DNA of 64,000 nucleotides. It comes from the human T2T-CHM13v2.0 reference genome, Homo sapiens. Positions 56,747 to 64,000 of the stretch are shown piece by piece; position 1 is the stretch's first letter, and each line of letters begins with the position of its first letter. The notes under the pieces were generated by a model, which saw nothing but the letters and a program-made list of their open reading frames with translations, was not told the origin of the DNA and searched no databases. The stretch lies in the NCBI RefSeq assembly GCF_009914755.1, contig NC_060947.1, one strand, 5' to 3'. The position numbers were made by a program, and so were the translations under genes.

Positions 56747-57379
56747 CTTCATATTTTACCTAAGACTCAGATACCCTCATGAATCCTACAGATTGCAGCA
56801 TGCTGAGTGTGTTTTGCAAGATGCACATATAAGGTGATGATTAATGTTTAATCCCTTTCAAAATCACTAGTGAGATCTGCTAGGTACAGTTACTGGATCT
56901 GTTTATTTTACCGGAAATGTACGTGGGTACTCTGAATGACTCACTGTCTACCTTTAGGTTTCTAGAACAATCTCTGCTTCCTGACCTCTTTTTTCCTGCT
57001 CCTGTGCCCTTGCAACAGACAGAACAAACACAATCTCTCTCTTTCTCTTTATACCTGGATTATATGTTAATTAAAATTAATATTAGGAACATAAACTTTC
57101 CCTACTGTTAGTTGTAATAATCTCATTGTCACACTAGACTAGTTGTTACAGAACTCTCATTTTGGTTTCAGATATTTCATTTTTTCCTGTTAAAATTAAT
57201 ATTTTTCCTTTGTCTATGATTTACATACTGATAATATTTTTGCCTCTATGAAACTAACCTGCTAATAATATGTTAAAGAAATTATTTTATGTTGCCATTT
57301 ATACTTAAAACCATTGCCACATTCAACGTTAACAAAATTTATATATACTTATCCAAAGATACTGTATCTGACTGTCCCA

Positions 57380-57912
57380 TTTTTAAATGTTTTTTGTTCT
57401 TTCTCTTTCCTGCCTGTTCCTTGTCCTGCCTTTAATAATGGAATAATATTCTACTTTCCTTCTTTCTGCCACATACCCCCTTGCACAATGTTTCCCTTAT
57501 CTAATTATGTGTCTGTTTAGAAGTTCTAGAGACTAAATATTGAAACAATTCAGGCCACTACGGAATTCTCCCTGACCTGGAGATTACTTCAGGGTTGCAG
57601 TTAATTTGCAGCCTGGTTATACCCAAGATGGCACCAGCCCATTCACCAGATGGGTCAATAATCCAAGGTAAGTTGTCAGAATAAGTCATGTAGACTGGCA
57701 CCTCCTTGCCTCTCCTGCATGTCTGCACATACCACACTACCCTTTTTAAGCCCTTGCATTCTGTCTAAGATTTGAAATGGTTTATTTAAAGCAGAAGCCT
57801 GGACGATTTCCCCCTGCTAGCTTTGGAAAATAAAGCCACCGTTCTTTCATAGCATTTTGCCTTTGTTGATTGACTTTGCAAGCAGCAAACAGCCAAGCCT
57901 GCACCTGGATAC
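57380..57912 (+). mobile_element. ERV1-class solo LTR (family not resolved; left boundary uncertain)
   Basis: LTR-like 3' part: aaataaagcc...gactttgcaagcagcaaacagccaagcctgcacctggataca. Confidence 0.55.
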
Positions 57913-58519
57913 AATATATCCATTTTTATTATATTCTAGCTATACTGTAGATATAAGTCTTTACTAAAGAACAAAAGGAAAAAGTGTATCATATGTTCAT
58001 GGTAGAAAAAGTAGATAATGTAAATTTTTGCTTCTGGGCTTGTCATCAGGATTGCAATTTTTAGATTTAGTTTGCTAATTGTTTGGCCTTTGAAAAATTA
58101 TATACACTTGGTTTGTTTTGGTTTTCTTAAGTCAAAACAAGGAAATAAAATCACATTTGCTTTCCAAGAAAAGATAATGTTTAAGTGGTTGTTTAGTGTT
58201 TTGTGTCTTTGGGGGTGGGAGGGGGTGTGTGGAATACACAAACACACACACACAAACACACACAGTCTATATATAATCTTATTGGAGCCATCACTATATT
58301 TTAAGAAAATGAAATAATCTATTGAAGCTTAAAATTAGAATTTTGATTAAGCTAAGAGCTATTTTTGTAGAAAAATAATAAGGCCTCAAATAGTAAACTC
58401 ATTTGAGGCAAGTAGCATTTGTTTCTGTGTATATATAAGAAATGCCATAAATGTCAATGGGATGTAATCTGCTCTGAGAGCTAAGTTATATTTTCCAAAT
58501 TTCTACATGTCAGTGTTAC

Positions 58520-58720
58520 TCAGTGAAATTGAAAGAGCATGGCCGGTGATTGAATTATGGCACTGCTCCTTACTATGTTGTATGATTTTGGCCTAGTTAT
58601 TTAACCTCTAGAGTATCAGTCTTGTACTCTGTAAAATGGGATTTTTAAAAATAAGCTAGGCATCTATCTAGCACAGTGATTGCTTTGCTCTGTGTGCATA
58701 GTAAAATAGCCAATAATGAT
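58520..58720 (-). mobile_element. MIR
   Basis: tgattttggcctagttatttaacctct...cagtcttgtactctgtaaaatgggat. Confidence 0.7.
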
Positions 58721-60929
58721 ATTATGATTTGTGTTCCATATCAAAAATAGGAGATATTCAGGGATCAAAAGGAGACAAGTAAAGGGGACCTTTCTCATGT
58801 CTCCAACTTTTTCTCAGTATTCCCAGATTTAATATGTAGTAGGAAAATAGTCAGTGAGAAAGAAGCAAATGAAGAATTAACTCTGTATGTCTATGTTCAG
58901 GCATCTTGTTTTGGCTCTGCCACCCATCTTAAACGAGCCTTCACAGTCAAAGTAGAAGAGCATCAAAATTAGACATTGTTGAGAAATTCACTGCTGTTTC
59001 TGAATTATCTTGTAATTTTGAACCTTCTGCTATGAAATTAAATTATCTTCGTATTTTTGACAGTGAGATTAAATTTTGACAGCTATTAATGAATCACAGA
59101 GGAATTAACTATCAGGACAAAATAGTGGGTGTTGGAAAAAAGGCAAATTCATGTCTAGGAAAACATGTATAGCAGTAGAAACAATCCAAAAGCTTGGGAG
59201 AAAAAAAATCAGTAATGCAAATGGTAATTTATTAGTGAGCATTCTTGTTAACAAATTCAACAAATAGCACTATTCTCACAGGAGAAAATTTATGCAAATT
59301 CTATTCCCCAAAGAAAAATGGATGAAAGAAAAAACTTCCAGCCTTTTCTGAACATTCAGACATACAGGAAAATCAAATAACAATAAATAAATAAATAAAT
59401 ATAAAGAAAAGGAAAAGAAACACAAAGACACAACGTTTATTGAAACAGTGGAAAAGTTAATCTAAAAAAAACAAAATGATAAGAAATTTGACAAGTGTTA
59501 AGTGTGCCACTGGGACTTGAAACGTTACTAAGAATGGGGGTGAAATTAGTACTGAATTTAAAGTAGAGGAATAACAGGAGTTCTTATCTTTCTTATTAGG
59601 TTGTTACATAGAGTCCTACCATTATGAATCAAACTTAGCTTCCCAAGTTAGAACCATGAGATGTGTCTTGACTTAAGCTTGATCTGGGCATGTATAATGT
59701 TAATATATATAATTAACTGCAGTATAAAATCATTCTTCTGTATGAATATTTCTCTCTTGAATATCAACAGAAATTTTTTCCCCCAAAGGAAAATCACTAA
59801 CCCATAGAACCTGAAATGTAAGTATTCTGGGGTTGAAACATTACTAAGATCATATGTAAAATTCCATTGAGTATGCCATCAAAGAAATCAACAGATAATT
59901 TACAAGTTCAAAGAAAAATAATAAATTAACAAAAAGAGAAATTATTTGCTGCAATTGCTTAATTATTAGCAATTAAATAAATGCAAATTAACATCATTTT
60001 AAGGTAGCTTTACACACTTATTTAACCACTAAGATATATAAAAAATATAAAATTTATACAAATCAATTTTAACCAACAGAACCGTAAAGTTCAGCATTCC
60101 TTAAATCTCCCCTTAGGATCAATTCCAAGGAATGGAATTGCTGTGTCAAAGGTCACGGACATGTTTAAGGCTTCTTGAACTTATGTTGAGCCCAGAAAGG
60201 TTCGGATTCTAACCAGCCTTGGGTATTTTCATACTTTTCTCACCTTGACAACTTTATGGATGGATAATCTTATTTTAGTTTGCATTTCTTTGGTACTAGT
60301 TCTTGAGCTTGAGCGGAGCTTGAAGACAATTAGACATGGTCTCTGCACTTGAGGAGCTTACCCAGACAACATGGAGGCAAGTCAGTAAACGTTAAGAGAA
60401 ACATCACGTCAACATCATGTAATTTATACTTCCTATTTTGTACTGCTGCTCTCCTTGCTTCTGGACGAGAAAGGGTCACAAGGATACTATTAAACAGACC
60501 CATCCCAATCTGACAGCGAAATGTTAATTGAAAATCCATTTGCTAAAGAATTCCAAGAGATATGCAAATGCTGAACACGACTCTATTAACATTTCAACAT
60601 GACTTTGCTTCACTGTTTTTTTTTAAGTTCTCAGGTTGTATTTTCCCTGATGCATCATGACTAAACCCTATGAAGGGTGGTTTGTGGTGGGACCGTGAAT
60701 AGCAGCCAAGTGAGAAATACCAGATGGTGAGAGTGAGACTCCTGATCAGGCATTAACCACCCTTGACTTCTCTAGGAAGTGAGCAGTGGCCAGCCGCAGT
60801 GGCAGTTGCAGTAGCTGTAGAAGACATCCCAGGCTTTGAAATGCCAATTACTAGTAATCTCTACTAGGAATCTCTAGTACTAGCTGGCTCTTGCTGAACA
60901 ACCTATCGACATGGCCTTTTCTCTACATT

Positions 60930-61100
60930 TATCGCCCCATTACATTCACACAAGTCTGTAATACAGTGATTATCCCCATTATTAAACATGAGAGAACAGA
61001 GGTTCAGAGAGACTAAATATTTTGCCTCCACTGCAGAGTAAGTGAGTTATAAGATTGGGATTTAAAACCACTTTCATGTGACTACAAAGCCTTTTTCTAG
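60930..61100 (+). mobile_element. MIR
   Basis: attatccccattattaaacatgagagaacagaggttcagagagactaa...gggatttaaaacca. Confidence 0.7.
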
Positions 61101-62298
61101 CATGTGGTAGTTACTAGTAGTAAAATAGACAACCTAGGTAAATCAGAGGGTCATCTTTGCCCAAACTGTAGGAATTGTACCTTCATTTTCCTCTCCTTTT
61201 CCTAGATGTAGAAATCTAATTTTCAGATTTTGTTTTTAATGGCTTTAAAGACAAACCTTTAATTTTTTGCAAAGACTGACTCACTCTGAGTTCCAAAGCA
61301 TTTTATTTTTGTGGCAACCGTGAAGGTAAAATTAGAGTGAGGAAATCTGAATTAATCAGAGCAGGAAAACTTTGTTAACTAGATCATTGTTCTTATGATA
61401 ATCTGCATCTCTGCTTCTTGTAGTAGAGCGATGTCTGCAGCACTGAGCTGAAATGACAGTTTGCAATGTGTACTCTGCTAACGGTTGCCTAGCAATAATT
61501 TATTAGAGATAATAAAACCTCATTGTTCCCTTTTAAAGGATTTCACGTTTTCAGATGATAATAAATATAATAAAAGGTAGACTGACATAAGCATTTTAAT
61601 ATTAAATATAAGGCTTAATAAAATGAATAGTCATATAGAGATGATTCAAACGTCTCCCTCATTATAATATTGCCTGAAATGTCTGCATTACAGACGATAA
61701 AACAAAGAAATGACACACGGAAATGTGAAATCCTCAAACTCAATACTGTTTTCTAATATCCCGAGACTGGGTTGCACGGTGTTCTAATTTGTGACAGCCT
61801 CCCTAAGGAAGCTTTTAAAGTGTATCAATACTGGCCCCAACCTGAGAAATTCTGCAGCCATAGATAATTTTTTTAAAGTACCCCAGATGACGTTAACGCA
61901 GGGTTGAATACCACAGCAGTAACTCACATAAAGCGTTATGTAATTTTTGGACATCAATGGATACTGCCTAATTGTGTGCTGTAAAGCCACGCGGACTCAC
62001 TTGCTCTCCGGAAAAATTATTTACCTCTGGGCTGTTGCCTGAAAAAATCTTGAGTGTCCCAGGTTCAGGGAAAGGAAGCAGCATTAGTGCAGCCTGAAGG
62101 TATTGCCCTCTCGTGGTGGCTTCTTTAATAACAACGTCATGTGGTGCTGCTAATCTAAACCATTTTTTGGAGAATATTTACTTTTAAAAGACTAAACTTT
62201 TAAATTCTAATAGGATTTTCTGATTGACATTATTATTTAAGCGTTCTTTTTTATTTCATCATGATTAAATTATAAACTCAGGTCACTGCTTTCAAGTA

Positions 62299-62632
62299 CA
62301 GTCCTCCCATGTTAACTGTGTGGGGTTTGTTCCAGGACCCCAGTGGATACCAAAACACTTGGATGCTCAAGTCCCTGATATAAAATGGAATAGTATTTGC
62401 ATATAGTCTACACACCTCCCCTTGTATATTTTATATCATATCCAGATTACTTCTAATATCTAATATAATTTAAGTGCTATATAAATAGTTGTTTATATTG
62501 TATTGATTTTTGTTTGTATTACTTTGTGTTGTCATATCGTTGTATTCTTAATTTCTATTTCTTTCCAAGTATTTTGTCTCTGCTGTTGGTTGAATCTACA
62601 GATGTGGAAACCATGAATACAGAGGGCAACCG
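62299..62632. mobile_element. MER2-like Tigger DNA transposon
   Basis: ta|cagtcctccc...ttccaggaccc...ggataccaaaa...ggatgctcaagtccctgatataaaatgg...atacagagggcaaccg|ta. Confidence 0.85.
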
Positions 62633-64000
62633 TATATAATTCCTGTCTCCTGATTGAAACAATTTGGGGTCCTCTCCTTCTTTGCCCTTATTAAAAGCCA
62701 AACCAATCAAACATTTGTTACAATGAATCTCAAGTCACTGGTTTGCTTTTCTTTCTGTTTTGCATGACATGACACCATTTTGGGGGTGAATTAAACATTA
62801 TAACTTTCTTCTTGGCATTTTTATCTTTTCTCCTCATGCTTATTATTTGTTTTGTTTTCTTTTTACTCTGGGATATACATCTATGTGAACCTCTTTTGAA
62901 ATGAATTTCAAAATCCATTGGGACAAGGTAGTTCAATTATTAAAGTAGAAGAAATTTTCTGTTCTGGTTACTTTTGTGGCATAGTCATGGTCTAAATCTC
63001 AATTTCCAGAAAGAAACAGATACATACAAGTGCAAGTTTCTGGGAAGTTACATTTGTTGCCGATTCAAGATAATGAAGCAAAATTAGAAAGATGCTTATT
63101 AAATGATGGTATTATGGCTCTGAACATAACCTAAGCATGTAATTCAAGTGGACATTTCAGTTTCTTGGAAGTGAGTTTCATGTGTGTAAGCAACTGGAAA
63201 TTTCCTCCTCCTGTTATTCAGGCTCTTGAGGGCCAGACTTGAAGAAAATGACATTTGCATAGGGACTTAGGACATCATAATCTGTCATCTTGTTACCATG
63301 TTTTGCCTACCTTAATTTTTCTCATTACTTCAGCTGAAATCTTTACAAAACTCATTGCCACTTCATTTAGTCTTAAAACTTGAGATATTGATGGAGACTG
63401 TTTATCAGCTGCTGTATTCTGCATTAGAGATGGGTCTATTCAAAAGGACATGTAAACAAGAGATCCAACACACAAGAAGGCATCTAAAAAATCTTCAAGG
63501 TGACAGAGACTGGTGATAGAAATTCCTTAGACAGCCACTATATAGCAGGCCTAGGGAACAACCAGAATTACAGGACGAGATGAAAAGGCTCTGGGTGAGA
63601 GGTCTTCAGAGGAGCGATAAGAAGATACAAAATGTGTTGGAATGTATTGAGAGGATATTTATATAATCAAGGAAGGGTGTTGGTGGAGCTGAAAAATGTA
63701 TAATACATGAAAGTCAAGACAACCATTAACTGAAAAGAAAAAAAAAGATCCAGCCTTCTCCAGGGAAGGAAACATAACCAAAAAGTAGACTATAAGTTTG
63801 TGTTGAGACTAGCTTTTAGCACAGTTGAGATAACATAAACAGTGAGCTGATTTATGATACAATAATGATGTAATATAACTAACGTTGAAGATAAGCAGAA
63901 TTATGCTTATATGTAAGGATGTGGTGCTGAGTAAGTGAAAGAAAGTTGAATCCTTCTCTTCCGTAAGAGGAAGTCATTAGATAACACTTGCATTAGGCAG

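Noticed and set aside
57915-58380. 3'UTR-like AT/GT-rich unique sequence
   Set aside because: No parent gene, poly-A tail or TSD identifiable from sequence alone.

Overview
Primate (human-like; AluY, LTR7 and LTR12 present) AT-rich genomic DNA dominated by transposable elements. No intact cellular protein-coding gene is recognisable; nearly all listed ORFs are L1, ERV, Alu or MaLR debris or chance ORFs. Main contents: a ~5.6 kb minus-strand L1 that appears chimeric (1-5600); a U6 snRNA retropseudogene; a 12.3 kb minus-strand composite endogenous retrovirus insert (8429-20726) made of a HUERS-P1/LTR8-like 5' fragment fused to a near full-length degenerate class I gag-pro-pol-env provirus with MER66-like LTRs; a full-length MSTA MaLR; a MER4A provirus with a nested LTR12; a solo LTR7; 16 Alus; and many MIR/L2/L1M/DNA-transposon remnants. 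The most unusual structures are (i) a ~690 bp direct duplication that exactly brackets the composite ERV like a giant target-site duplication and (ii) a patchwork of perfectly identical templated snippets inside env, one copied from 4.6 kb away. Repeat subfamily names come from recall of consensus sequences, not from a database search, and boundaries of old repeats are approximate. I found no evidence for a novel coding system.
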